NCBI GenBank assembly: GCA_051530055.1
Contig: CM121341.1
Coordinates: forward strand, 18,950,784 to 19,014,783
Direction: 5' to 3'
Source of the DNA: Neoechinorhynchus agilis
Taxonomy: Eukaryota; Animalia; Acanthocephala
Length of the DNA: 64,000 bases
Shown: positions 10,260 through 22,500 of the stretch, piece after piece
How positions within the stretch are numbered: the stretch's first letter is position 1
Layout of the letters: the number at the start of each line of letters is the position of its first letter
The notes under the pieces: generated by a model
Database searches by the model: none
Seen by the model: the letters and a program-made list of their open reading frames with translations, nothing else
What the model was told of the DNA's origin: nothing
Translations under genes and position numbers: made by a program

Positions 10260-13200
10260 CAATCAATCTCTTAATTCCTCTTTCTTGCTTGATCAAATAT
10301 GTCTCGGGCCCAAGATGGCTGTGAGTTGTGGGACGATCTCTTAAATCCCCTCACAGCAGCCTCGAAAACCCTTCTTTAAATTCTTAAGTAATAATAATCC
10401 TTTTCTTGTCCTGATCCTGTAAAAAAGAGAATAACATGAGAAAATCACTTACCTCATTCCTGTTAAGTATATTAGTTTGATTAATGGGTAAAAAACTAGA
10501 TGGTTTATTGAAAAAGATTCTAAGAATTGAGGAGTTGTAATTAAAGTATTTACAGCTAGAATAACAATAAGAATAAAACCAAATTTTAGACAAAAAAATT
10601 CTTGTTAAAAAGGAAAAAAGGGGTTCCGTATCAATATTATTTTTAATAAGAATACTGCTAAGCTTATTCAGCATAGTAAGATAAAATGATAGTCTGTTTT
10701 CTGGGGGCCGGCCTCGTGCGAAAAAGCATATTGAACCCCCTAGAAATATTTTGAACACTTTAGAAATAAAAGGTGGGGAAATTGATAACCTTTTGGCTCT
10801 TTTGATAAAAATATCTGTTTCTGTCAGAAGACTTTTAAAGGAAGAGTTTAAAAATTCTATGATTTTTACAGGGGAAATCAACACCTAAAATCTTGGAATG
10901 TGATCTAAAATTGATATTAGGGAAATTTAAATTAGAAGATAATTCATTAATTAGAAGCTTCCTCGAAGCCAAAGTTTTAGTAAGTGGAGTAAAGAAAGTT
11001 TTGTTATTGTTTGTAACTAAATTGGCTTTCCTAAGTTCCGACGACAAAGAATGCATAAAATTGGCTATATTATTAGTTAGAATAGAAGATGTTCTAGCTT
11101 TACAAAATAAGAATATATCATCCGCATAAACTAAAGGAAATATGGAAGATGATTTCTTTAAATTTTTGGAAATATATAAGGGCAATTAAAAATAAGGTGG
11201 GCGAGAGTGGAGATCCTTGAGGAACACCATATCTAGAGAAAAATTTAGTGTGAGAAGGGTCCACCTCATAGTAAAAGGACTTGAATTCCATAAGATAGTT
11301 GGTTTTGTAGATAAGATTAAGAGGAACTTTAAGATTAACTAAAGCCTCATAACGAAAGCCACGATCCAAGGCAATATCCAGCTGAATGAGAAGTTTTTGT
11401 ACATTAATAGCTTCATTCATAGAATTAAGAGAGGATAAAAGCGATGTGACACCTTTACCTCTAATGAAGCCATGGAAAAAGTCGGGGATTAGCTTTCTAA
11501 ATACTAAAAAGTCATACAGTTTCCCGTTCACCGCTCTTTCTAAGCAAGAGACGATTGGGTTCTGTATGGAAATTACTCTGATGTGGGATGCGTTGAATAT
11601 ACGTCCTTTCGTTTTAGGAATAAAAATTTTCTTAACAATATTTATGTTAAGTAGATCATTAAAATCAATTTTCGATAAACGAAATCTACTAAAAAAGATA
11701 GATTTTACCTTATCAGAAATAGAACTAAAAATTATGGGTGAAGTGCCATTTATATTATACGCTTTGGAGGGGTTAGATTTACAGGCCTTCAGAAAAACTT
11801 CAACTTCAAAATTCCACGAAAAGGATTTTTTATTAAAGATGGGAAGTGGAGGAGAAGAACATGCACTAAAAGTATGTGCCATCAAAATAGACTCAATTAC
11901 TGCAGGATAAGATATAGACCCTATCCAGTTAGATGCTTTTGCCTTCCAACAGACCGGTCTTCTTTTCAAAATACAGGACCAAAAGTCCTTACCAAAGGAC
12001 TTAAGAGAGATCAGCTTCTTTTTGTTCAACGAAACTTGATGATAAAACTTAGCTGTGTAAAATTTTTTCATAAATAAGTTTTTAAGGGGAGCGTTACCAT
12101 ACAAGTGAGCTATAACTGCATTTTTATAAAATATGTTGGATTCATGACAAACAGGAGGTCGCTTGATCACAGACTTAGTAATTAAATTTTTATGTACAGA
12201 GGATAAAATGGCATTGTTAAAGTCAGATAAGGAGGATGAAGTGGAAGAGTTTATAAAAGAAAGGAGATCATTATTAAATTTTGAAAAGCTTTTAGGATTA
12301 AAAACGAAAGTGTCCTTAAGAGAGATGCCATTAGATTTAAAAAGGATAAGGTCATGCCCTAACAATCTCTGTGACTGAAGTTGGGAAGCAGGATAAAATA
12401 AAATAGGAATTAACTTTTTAATAATTGCACCATCCAAGAAGGTATGTCTATTAGATTTAACATTATGAAAAGAAGGAAATTTGGGGAGCAAAAAATTGTG
12501 AAACTTAAAAAAGGGCCTAAAAGCATTTAAAAAATTACTATTGAAGTCGCCTACGATAAAGTCAGGATTCCAGTAACGGAGTATATGCATAAAGATTTAG
12601 TAAATATACCCACGTGTCTGGGTTGAATATACAAGTTGCAAAGGATAAGAGTAGGAGAGAAAAGGGATGAGGTTCCATATAAGGGATTATTAAAAGAAAT
12701 AATTTGCATTGCAAAAGAAATATTTTTGGTTTGAAATAAAATTTTAGAAGAGTGAGATTTAAGAATAAATGTCTGAAGTCCTCCAGAAAATCCAATGTGC
12801 TGATTGGTTGATGTGGAGCGAGGGAGAAGAACATGAGAATCATAATTATCGAAGAGAAGCATTTTAGAAAAGCCGGTTTCTTGAAAACACAGCATGTTAA
12901 CATAGTTATCAACTACACAAGGAGTAAGAAAATTAGGAAGACTAGAAGCCCTACAGGCATTATATGTGATGAAAGAGAAAGGACAGTCCTTATAATTGGA
13001 ACAAGTCATTAAATTAATTTAAGACTTTTTTGAATCTATAGATTCCAAGTTGCGCAAAGATGGGGAAATATCTCTTTTATAATTTTCACAATCGATCCAG
13101 TTATTAAAGTTAAGTAATCTAGAAAAATTGTCGGAGGTAGAGTCTGGTGTAGAAAGATTTTGCAGTTTGTGAAGGATCAAAGTAAGAATGTACTTAAGTA

Positions 13201-13830
13201 ATGAAATTTCTTTATCGGGATAAAGTTGAGAAGTATTAATGGAAGATTTTAAACTATCAAGAAAGGATTTTTCCGGAGGTTTGGGGGGAAGTTTAGGTCC
13301 TTGTCTTGAGGAGGATTCCTCATTAGAAAGGTGACTCTACGAGATAGGTCAACAGTTTGGATGCTTAACTCCCATAGCATCTTAGAAAAGAGGTCTTTAC
13401 CGGCCGCATCAAAAAAAATAAACAGGATGTGGAATTTGGTCACCGAGAACCTCTTGATCGAAGAAATAACGCGAGATGGCTTCTTTGGGAATTTTGATAA
13501 CGAAATCCTCTTTCCTAACAGGACGCTTAAACTTTGATGCGTCGATAGAATGTTCCATCTGATCCCCAATGGAAACTTGTGCACAATCATTCAAAACTTC
13601 ACAATCACTCGGGAGGAGGGGGATAGTAGGAACAAACCTTAATCTAGACATGTCGGAAATAGGGTTTATCTGATTGCTGATATTCGAAGCGCAATTTTGC
13701 ATCACGAAACAGCGCTTTTTGATGTCAATCTCCCTAGTTTGGTTAATACAACAAACTGATTGTGCGAAAAATGTGAGAATAAATTTGTAAGTTCCTTCGT
13801 GAATAATTTTCAATAGAAGCGGAAGTAATC
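10260..13830 (-). mobile_element. APE-RT LINE, near full length, frameshifted, very AT-rich codons
   Basis: CFQET, IVGDFNS, TFLDG (APE); HGFIRGKG, QLDIA, GVPQGSPLSPTLF, YADD (RT); upstream ORFs 13249-13813 are candidate ORF1. Confidence 0.85.
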
Positions 13831-14202
13831 ATCGTCTTTATAAGAGTTTCATTAGATTAATTCTGTAAGAAGAGTGGTTATTATGGAGCTTTCGAAATAC
13901 AGTAATAAAGCAATCCGATTTTCAGATTAAAAAAATGAGCTGTGAAAAAAACAAATAATCATTGATTCATCTCCAATTACGCCATTCGGAATCGAAATAA
14001 TTAGCGAAATATTTCAGGAGATTAATCACAGATCGAATTAACCACATTGACACCCGTCTATGAGAGCTCTCGTTTATCTCGCATGTAGATATAAAGTTCG
14101 TAATTCCACTATTAAACAAAATTTAAAAATGCGACAACAATTATACGATGATTTTAGATGAAATAAAAAAGTTGAAAGTGCAAAAAATTGACAAAATCGT
14201 AA

Positions 14203-14260
14203 GGGGAACAGCAACCGCCGCTGAGGATCGCAAAAATACCAAATACAGGGTCGAAATCAT
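14203..14260 (+). mobile_element. Micro-fragment of CRE-like endonuclease region
   Basis: GTATAAEDRKNTKY; DNA nearly identical to 28975-29025 (-). Confidence 0.55.
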
Positions 14261-14329
14261 TATTTATAATAATCACACGTTTTATTTGTTGATTCACAAA
14301 GAATAGGAGCCATGTACCTTTGGGTCCTC

Positions 14330-15560
14330 ATAAACCCTCGCGTTCTGATCGGAGAATGAAACTGGCTATTGATTTTGGAGTGGATTACGAGTTCGGACGG
14401 ATGGCGATATCCGGTCCTGTTGGAAGGTCCGTTCTGGTGGGAATTGATGGTTATTGTTTGCAGAAGCACTTGTAAGGTTGGTCTTTCCTCAGGTTCAATT
14501 CAAGTTATGATATCCGAGAAGATTGGGCAGGGTGCGAGGTATAGGGAGATGAAACGAATTAGGATTACGAGTGTTGTACTCGTGTGAAAAGGGGGATATG
14601 TGGTAGAAATTGTGGTGGTAGGCTTGATAGGCGCTTTGTTTGTTCTATGAAAATAGCGTCAAGGCATTCGGTGAGCGGAGGGTGAAATCAACTGTGCAAA
14701 TTTTAGATGCTCTTTTATGAAGAATTTCAAGACGCAGGATTTGAAATTTGATTAGGTTACAAAAGACGGGATAACCGTAGGCGAGGGAGGGTAAAATTTG
14801 CGCGTTTGGGGAGATAAATTTTCAAAGGTGTTGAGCTTGAGGGAGAGAGTGATGTGCGAGTCCAATTTCAAATTTGATTGAAATTGGAGACCCATAATTG
14901 TTAGGGAGATTACTCGTAGGATGTCATTTAGAAGCTCAGGGGGATGATGTGGAATTGCGGGAAAGAGGGGATCATTTCGAAGCATTTAGAGAAATTTAAG
15001 TGGAGTTTGTAATTCGGAGGAGGGTGGAAGAGGAAATAGATTATTGAAGTCCCCTGCAATTAAGAAATGGTGCGAATTTGTGGAGTTTATGAGCTCGATC
15101 ATAGAATCAAGTTGGCGGGAAAGGGGCTCAGGAGGAGAGGCAGGAGGGCGACTGACGCCAGCAATGGTGAATTCTCTAAGGCCATTTCTGAGAGGAGCTG
15201 AGAAATGGACTGCGATGAACTCTAGATCAGGTTTTGCAGAGAGCCTGTGAGAGATAAGGAGTATGGTAGCGATTGCCGTGTCGGTCCGCGCGGTGTGTAT
15301 GCAAGGAAGAGTACCCAGAAAGGATGGCCGAATTGCTGTTGAATGAGGTAAGCCGCGTTTCTGTTGAGATGACTACATCAGATTTTGAGGTAGATGAAAT
15401 GAGTGAAATTTCATCTAGTTAAGGAAGGAGGCTAAGAGTATTGGAGTAGAAAACGGTGAGGACGGGAATTTTGGAAAACCGGGGGCGGAAGAGAGGGAGA
15501 TTGAGGTCGCATTGCTCGTTGCGGGTAGTGGGTTAAGGGAGGAATCGCTACAAGATGCTG
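14330..15560 (-). mobile_element. L2/CR1-like LINE, internally deleted copy
   Basis: Reverse complement matches 42410-42860 and 44380-45000. Confidence 0.85.
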
Positions 15561-15700
15561 GGGAAAACAGAGTGTTTAATCCTTTGGCGTCGAGACACTC
15601 AGATTGTTTGGTACCGCGGCGCAGGACCTGGTAGATCAGTTGTCCAAGAGACTAAGACGAATCACTGCACCATGACTGCAGCTGAGTAATCCAGAGCGGT
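15545..15700 (+). mobile_element. CRE-like endonuclease 3' relic
   Basis: FGTAAQDLVDQLSKRLRRIT; DNA shared with 22325-22385 and 28905-28960 (-). Confidence 0.7.
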
Positions 15701-16347
15701 TGCATTTATGTTTATAAACTCATCCTGTTCTTATTATGCAAAAATAGACAAGATCGAATTCGTTTTCCGGAAATTGAGACATGGCGTGAATAATCTATGA
15801 CTTTAGTTTATGTTGGCTTTTGGGTACATAAAATAGACTCAAACATAAATTTATCTTGTGAGTTAATGGTTTTACATTGAAATCGGAAATTTTTTGAAAA
15901 GCGGAACAACTGCGTTATGTTTCTCATCGCAAGTGTATTTATCGAATTGGTAAAGATTGACAGAACATTATATGTAGATTGCATGCTGTTAGAATGAAAG
16001 ATAAGATTTTGGACACAAAATAGAGGTCTGGAGAGTGAACAGCATTTAAGTATTTGGATTTAGAACTACGCGACTGTTGATTTCGAAGTCTGTAATTATC
16101 CAATTTGAATAATCTCTATATACAGATCTTCGCAAAAAATAAATGAAAGAAATGAAGGCGTAAATCGTTAATTGTGCACCCAGATAAGACTATGTTCCAC
16201 GTTCTTATGCATTGAGCTCTTAGATGTGTTTGGAATTGAAAGACAAGTCGTATCTCTCAGCGCCAAAAGTTGAGATGTATGTTTACTTCTTCCGTGGTCT
16301 CGCAGAGGTTTTATGCGATTCGCAAGAAGATGGAAACTAGGAATAAA

Positions 16348-18806
16348 ATGTCGATTAACTACGACAAGTGGAAGACGATTGAGGTGTCTGATGATGAGGA
16401 TGATACTCATCCAAATATTGATACTCCAAGTTTGTTTCGTTGGCGACACCGCGCTCGTCTTGAGCGAATGGATGCTCACGAGCAACGAAAAGCCATGCAT
16501 TCAGATCTTCATAAAAAATTGATGGACGAAAAGAAAACTTTGAAAAATGACGACGAAAGGGAAGCGTGGTATAAACGCTTTCAAACATGGAAAGATGAAG
16601 AAGAGGCTATTAAGAGAGATGAAGATAAAATGCCATGGAATGTGGATACCTTGTCGCAAATTATATTGATTCGTCAACAGCGGTAGATACGGTCGAATCA
16701 AAATTTAACGTTTTTTGTAAGTATAGGAGTGAAATGTTCGTTTGTTGTTTGAAATTCAGTAACGGGTATTATTTCTAAGCGTCAAGCTTTAATTGTATAT
16801 TCATAATTTTTTAACCAAAAGAGATTGCTTTTGCCTTGAAAAAAATAACAAAAATTTCGGGAATTTATTGCTTTCGATTCCTCTCAGAACCTGAAAATTC
16901 TATTTTTACTAAAACTCACACAGATTCGGTTTATTCTGGTACATTTATTGCCGATTAAATGGTATGAAAATTAAAACCTCTTGTTCGATGGTTATTTAGC
17001 AAACTTCTCGAACGTCAACATGATTACCTCATTGGATTTAGAATTACATCTTTTAACTCAGGTACTAAGAAATTTTTTATGGTACTATTAATTTAAATAT
17101 ACTCGTAGCATCAATCACGTCCCAGCTCGAAGCCAATGGAGATTGGTCCCATAATGCTGGTGGCGTTCCCTCAAAATTAAACCTAGTTAAAATCGTAAGA
17201 TGATAATCGTCTTTATTGTGTATCCTCATGTATATGGTTTTTGATTTTTTAGACGTTGAGGGACACACAATCTTTTATTGAATCCGATATTTCGGCGCCT
17301 CACGCCTTCTTCGGGTTCCTTGATACTCTAAAACACACAAAGGGAGTTCACAAGAGGTCCATGCTCCCTGTCAATTCGTCTCGGCGGTTCAGGTTTTCCC
17401 GTTCGCAGCCGAGATCCCCACTTGCACCCGACCGCACTACCCAATTTACGGTTGATCAGCAGGGCTCCCGAGATAGAGAGTTCAATGGGATCTGATGCCC
17501 GATAAAGAACCCCAACGTCAAAAACCGGGCTGGCTCCCTCGTGGCGGGTAGCGAAGTGGGTGCCCCAGGGCGTTGATGCGTACGCTGGACTGGTCGGATT
17601 GCATGCATTACGCACGTGCTCAGTGATGCGTTCACGCAGTGTTCGCTCTGTTTTCCCGACATAATTGCAGGAACGTCCTTCGTCCTTACAGTTCCTGCAG
17701 GTGATCTCGTAGACGACGTTGCTTGAGAAGCAATCGCTTTTTGCCCCAGCATTCTTCGGGCAGTGCTTGCACATCAGACAGGCCTTTGGGCAAATCCTCG
17801 TATCTTCGTGATGCATTGTCCGCATTAGCATCCGCTTTAGCGACGGATTTGTCCTGTGCACTACTCGTGCTTCAATGCCGCAGTCACGTATGGCCTTCTT
17901 GACGTTCCAAGTAAAATGTTCGGACACGTACGGGATTCGAAGAACCTATTTCATTTATTCGATTGGGAAAAAACTGGATTTGTTAAGCTTTTTAATTTCT
18001 ATGTTCCCTGAAGTTGAAAATGGAGCTGTTTTTAGGTCATCGATTCTTTAGCGCATTTAAACGTTTTCTTTTAATACGAATCGAAATAATATGCCTTAAG
18101 TAATGAGCGTTTTTCCAAAACTTTGATAAACAAGCCACTAAAGGTGAAGGAAGATGACATTTCTGATGATCAGGATGAATCCGCAAGATTCGCGCGCTTT
18201 ATTGAACGCTATGAAGAACCAATTAAACAATTTGGAATGCTGCGCAAATATCCCAGTAGCGAACGATTTCTCCTTGATAATCCGGATCTTGTATGCGAAT
18301 TCACCGCTAACTTTCTTGTTGTGTATTGTATCGAACTTGAAATGGGAGATAAGCACGATTTGATGGTACACGTCGCTAGACAGACTATAATTCTTCAATT
18401 CATCCTTGAATTGGCTAAGGGTATCGGAAAAGATCCAAGAGCGTGCATTAAACCCTTTTTTACTCGAATTCAAAATGGGGAAGCAGAAGCCATGGCTGGG
18501 CTTGAAAATGAACTGGAAGCTTTTGTCGTAAGAATCGAGAAGCGCGCGAAAGAGAAAATAGAGGAGATCTACGCTGAACAAGAAAAAGAGGAAAAACAAA
18601 AAAGATTAGGGCCCGGGGGATTGGATCCCTTGGAAGTGCTTGAAAGCCTCCCGACACCACTAAAGACCTGCTTCGAAAACCAGGATATTGAAATGTTGAA
18701 AAGTACGCTTTCTCAAATGCCTCAAGATGAAGCAAAATATCACATCGATCGATGTGTTAAAAGTGGACTTTGGGTCCCAGAAAAGAGCAAAAATATCCGT
18801 AATTAG
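16348..18806 (+). CDS. CDC37: Hsp90 co-chaperone Cdc37; two exons (16348-~16655, 18101-18806), ~1.44-kb intron
   Basis: MSINYDKWKTIEVSDDEDDTHPNIDTPSLFRWRHRAR, MPWNVDTLS, FSKTLINKP, IKQFGML, ANFLVVYCIELE, RLGPGGLDPLEV, RCVKSGLWVP match animal Cdc37. Confidence 0.97.
17250..17945 (-). mobile_element. Penelope-like element 3' part (GIY-YIG endonuclease), antisense inside the Cdc37 intron
   Basis: IPYVSEH, SNVVYEITC..C...YVGKTERTLRERITEH; hammerhead-like motif just downstream of the ORF. Confidence 0.9.
17280..17319 (-). ncRNA. Penelope-type minimal hammerhead ribozyme, degenerate core
   Basis: GGAAC-CCGAAGA-A-GGCG(TGAGG)CGCC-GAAA-TA-TC-GGATTC: stem II and GAAA intact, core U4 reads C, stem I imperfect. 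Confidence 0.6.
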
Positions 18807-18959
18807 CTTCTTTTTTTGAACGAATGGTATGTTCTTTCTTACGACCTCTACACATTTTTAGTCATATTTCAGTTTTTCGTGATTTAAAAATCTTGTGAAA
18901 TACTATTTGATTTTCCAGCCGCATAATTGATTAAGTTATCTTTATAAATTTACACTTGG

Positions 18960-19470
18960 GCGGGCAGTTGTAATGATCAGGAATCTACCGAGGCGCGTGG
19001 AGATGTAAAGTGTTTTAAAGTAGCGACATCGAATAAGAAAGTTCGTCCCGCTCAGAACTCTCCGTCGCTGTGGCACACTGAGTGGTACTTTGCGCATGGT
19101 GTAGTCACGATTTTGCGTCTGGATTAAGTGCGTTACGAACGTGTTCCGTCAAACTTTGACTCAAAGGCCGTTCAGTTTTACGTTGTTTCGAGTGCAAAGC
19201 GAATCTTGTCGGCGATTTTTGTCCATGGACTTTCCCGGTGCGTACACATCAAGGACGATGCTAGACATATTTACGGCATTTTGAGATGTCCAATTCTTCG
19301 TAATTCGCCTAAGCGTAGGCGTGCTTCTATGGGCAATCCCGACATCCATTCTCGATCGTCGCACCAGCCTTTGAAAGTCACTATTGAACTTTTCACTGAT
19401 ATATGGAATGTTGAGAATCGGGTTTCCTCCTTATAGAGTTCGTGAGCGACCATCTTTCCGTTTCTTCTCT
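18960..19470 (-). mobile_element. Highly degenerate CRE-like RT relic
   Basis: AVNMSSIVLDVYAP and a decayed DFKNAFN-like segment; many stops. Confidence 0.35.
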
Positions 19471-19489
19471 TTCTTTAATTAAAACGCTA

Positions 19490-20880
19490 CTGGAGCCGCC
19501 ATAGCTTACCCGCCTCAACAGCAATTCCGCCATCCTTCCCGTAACTCTTCCTTCCATGCGTACCGTGAGGACCCTCCAGAAAGGGGTGTCTCAATTTTCG
19601 TACGACGATCATCACCCTACTCTTCAACTGTCAAACTCTCTGCAAACCCCGATCTAGAATTCATTACTTCGCACTTAGCTACTCTACGAAATGGTCTTAG
19701 AGAATTCACAGTCGGTGGCGCCCACCGCCCTCGTGCATTTCGTCCTGGGTGGAGCCCATAAAATCCACCAAATCATACAATTTAATAATTGCAGGGGCTT
19801 CCATAAACTTTCCGCTCTCACCCTTGGCTTTCTAACAATTCTTGACGCTCACCTTGACAAAGTATTCACCAGCATCGACACCTACTCATCCGCCCCTAAA
19901 CAACCGTAAACTCTGACCACTCTTCTGCCCTTACCACTCCCTCCCTCAGCATCAAAAATCACCTCGCTTACCAGCCTGGGGTAAACGGAATCATAACATT
20001 TACAATCTTCTTAAATTGTTCAATTCGATGATTTGCACCCGCAGCTCTTACTACACAAATGAACTTCCTTGGCCATGTCCCCTAACCTCAATCATAAAAT
20101 ATTCTCTAACTTCAACAATACTCAATAAATTCATTCGAACATCCAATCGTGACCCATCATGGACTACCCCACCTTGAAATTTCCTCAAAATCAAACATAG
20201 GGCTCATCGTATTCAATCTCCTGACTTTCTCGAATACAAAACTACTATCTCACAAAATACTTGTTGCCCGCAAAAACTTTCGTTCCTCCGAAATTCGTTC
20301 ACGTAGCAATCAAATATGGTGGCGAAACGCCAAAGACTCTCTTGGTCTATGCAACCTTGATCCCTTCCCAAACTTTCTAGACTTCATGAATCAAAACCTC
20401 TGCTCTGACTCCAATTGCAACCATTGGTCCACCTCAGACTCCACACAAACTATCACTTCCACAAATGACAATTCTGTCAACTCTCCAATACTCCTCTTAA
20501 TTCCGTTATATGAAGTCCTCTAACATCTCAAGAAATTACATCGAAATTTGTCCTCTCAATTTTAAATCGCAAACTGGGCTCTTCACTGCATCATCCATAA
20601 ACTCAAAGATTCTCTTACCCCCATTATGAATCGCAGCTCTTTATATAACATTTACTTCTCATGCCTGCAAGCTGCCAAAATGATTTTTTTTCGATACACG
20701 GACATCCGATTTCCACTGAATCATCCCATCCCGTCCAATATTCATTCTGCGTGCGTTTTCAAAAATTATCGAAGAATGGTTCAAAACTTGACTTTCCACT
20801 TCTCAACAAGAAACTATCAGATTTAGGACATGCCTTCCTCGGCTTTTATAGTTTTAGTTTTTTCTCATGATGCCTCGCCG
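19490..20880 (+). mobile_element. L2/CR1-like LINE relic (APE and RT N-terminal part)
   Basis: DNA similarity to 42560-44000 (gcagggg-cttc, ctctgaccactcttctgccctta, gccaag-actctcttggtcta). Confidence 0.8.
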
Positions 20881-20908
20881 ATCTCTTACATCCGAGAAAA
20901 CAATAAGG

Positions 20909-21320
20909 AGTTTGTCCATTTCTCCGGATTCTCAGATATTTCCAGGAGACGGGGCTCATCAGTGAGTTTCCTGCCTTCAGCGGTATTACGTCCCCTTTGG
21001 TTGTGCGCCATCGGCGGTAGCGGATTCGAACCCGTTGACCCTAACTGGGATCTGGAGGAGTAGTCCATTTGACTACCTCGGGCACGAAGTACTGCTGAAG
21101 GGAGGAAACTCACTGATGAATCCCGCCTCCTGGTGGTATCTGAGAATCCGGAGGGATGTACAAACTTATAACTGGATGGTATTGTGGCATTGAGCGCAGA
21201 CCAGCGCTTCCCAGACCTAAATCGGTGGACTGTGTGTTCATTCGGCGGCCGTGCATGGAATATTAAAATATCTATCAAAAAGACTACCGGATGAGCCACC
21301 CATAAAATGCTAAAAAATAA
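20909..21320. mobile_element. Fold-back SINE-like element: two inverted ~87-bp hammerhead-containing arms around a tRNA-derived A/B-box segment, followed by an A-rich tail
   Basis: Arms 20909-20995 and 21080-21166. Loop on minus strand: TAGTCAAATGG (A box), 32 nt, GGTTCGAATCC (B box). Left arm on minus strand: GGAAACTCA-CTGATGA-..-GAAA-TA-TC-TGAGAATCC. Confidence 0.7.
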
Positions 21321-22199
21321 CTAAAATGTTTAAATTAAACCCAAAACCGTAAAAAAAGCAACGAATGATGCAAGATAATAAACGTCTAAACTTTTAAACT
21401 TTGAATGTAATGTAGCAATTTGATTTCTACAATGTCCTTAAATTTACCTGAATTCATAAACACACAAACCACATTCTTTATTTTTGGGAAAGATCATTTG
21501 ATGAATTAATCTCGTACTTTATCTCGCACTATAGTTCAACTTGCAAATGATTTAGCCACAAATTGGTTGCAATCTCTCGACACGATTAATGAAAGTAAGA
21601 ACGACATCGGAGCGTGTGGAAAATTTAATTGTCCATTTTGTAACGACGGCGAACAAGATTTAGAGCAGAGATGGATTCTGCTTTTTTAATAAGCAATGAG
21701 GACTCGAGATCGTCGATTTAATTTCCCGATTCTATGTTATCATTGATCGTCGATTTTAACAAAGCCACATTACAGAGTTGGTCTCATGATCAGTTCTTCG
21801 TGTCTATCACACCCACTGACAAATGCAACTGACTTCCCTGTTGCCCTCAACCACCGAAATACACAGCGTCATTGCTGTTCCAATGGATCCAAAATCGACT
21901 AACGAAAGGCGACCACGTCTTAGATTTAATGTTTTTCAAGTGTCGGTTAGATAATAAGCCGAACACGGATGTTTATAACCAGTGCTGTACAGTCGTCAAT
22001 GTTTTCAGAGGAGAATTAATCAGCTCATTTACAATTCCGCCTATTTCCCCGAGGCCAAGAAAAAAGCGAGTAGCCAAGAAAGGAATTAAACAGCAGCTTT
22101 CTTGTTTTTAAAGGAGCGTTTTTGATTTTAAAAATTGAATCACAAGCTCAAAATATAGAATTAGCGACTTGCACCAGATGACATTGCAGGAAGGCAATA

Positions 22200-22500
22200 C
22201 GCGTTTTGGTTCCCATACACCACCGACGACACCGACGCCTCGCTTCGCTCGGAACCTAAATGCTAGACCACAATATGAAGACGGAAACTTGTCTGCCCGA
22301 AACGAGCCAAGTATAATCGGGTTGTTTGGTACCGCGGCGTAGCACCTGGTCAATCAATTGTCTTAGAGAGTAAGACGAATCACTGGCGATCCGAGATCAG
22401 GGGCATTCCTCCAACAAAACTTGTCTGGCTGGACAACGGAGAAACGCTACATTCGTCTTTTCGACCGTTACACCAGGACGGCAGTTGAGTGATCCAGAGC
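22200..22500 (+). mobile_element. CRE-like endonuclease 3' relic
   Basis: AKY..GLFGTAA*HLVNQLS*RVRRITGDPRSGAFLQQ. Confidence 0.7.

Noticed and set aside
10384-13590. Plus-strand and overlapping ORFs in LINE regions as separate genes
   Set aside because: Antisense shadows or frameshifted pieces of ORF2; the same applies to short ORFs overlapping ATR, Cdc37 and the kinases.
21005-21085. Functional tRNA gene
   Set aside because: A and B boxes present but acceptor, D and anticodon stems do not pair.
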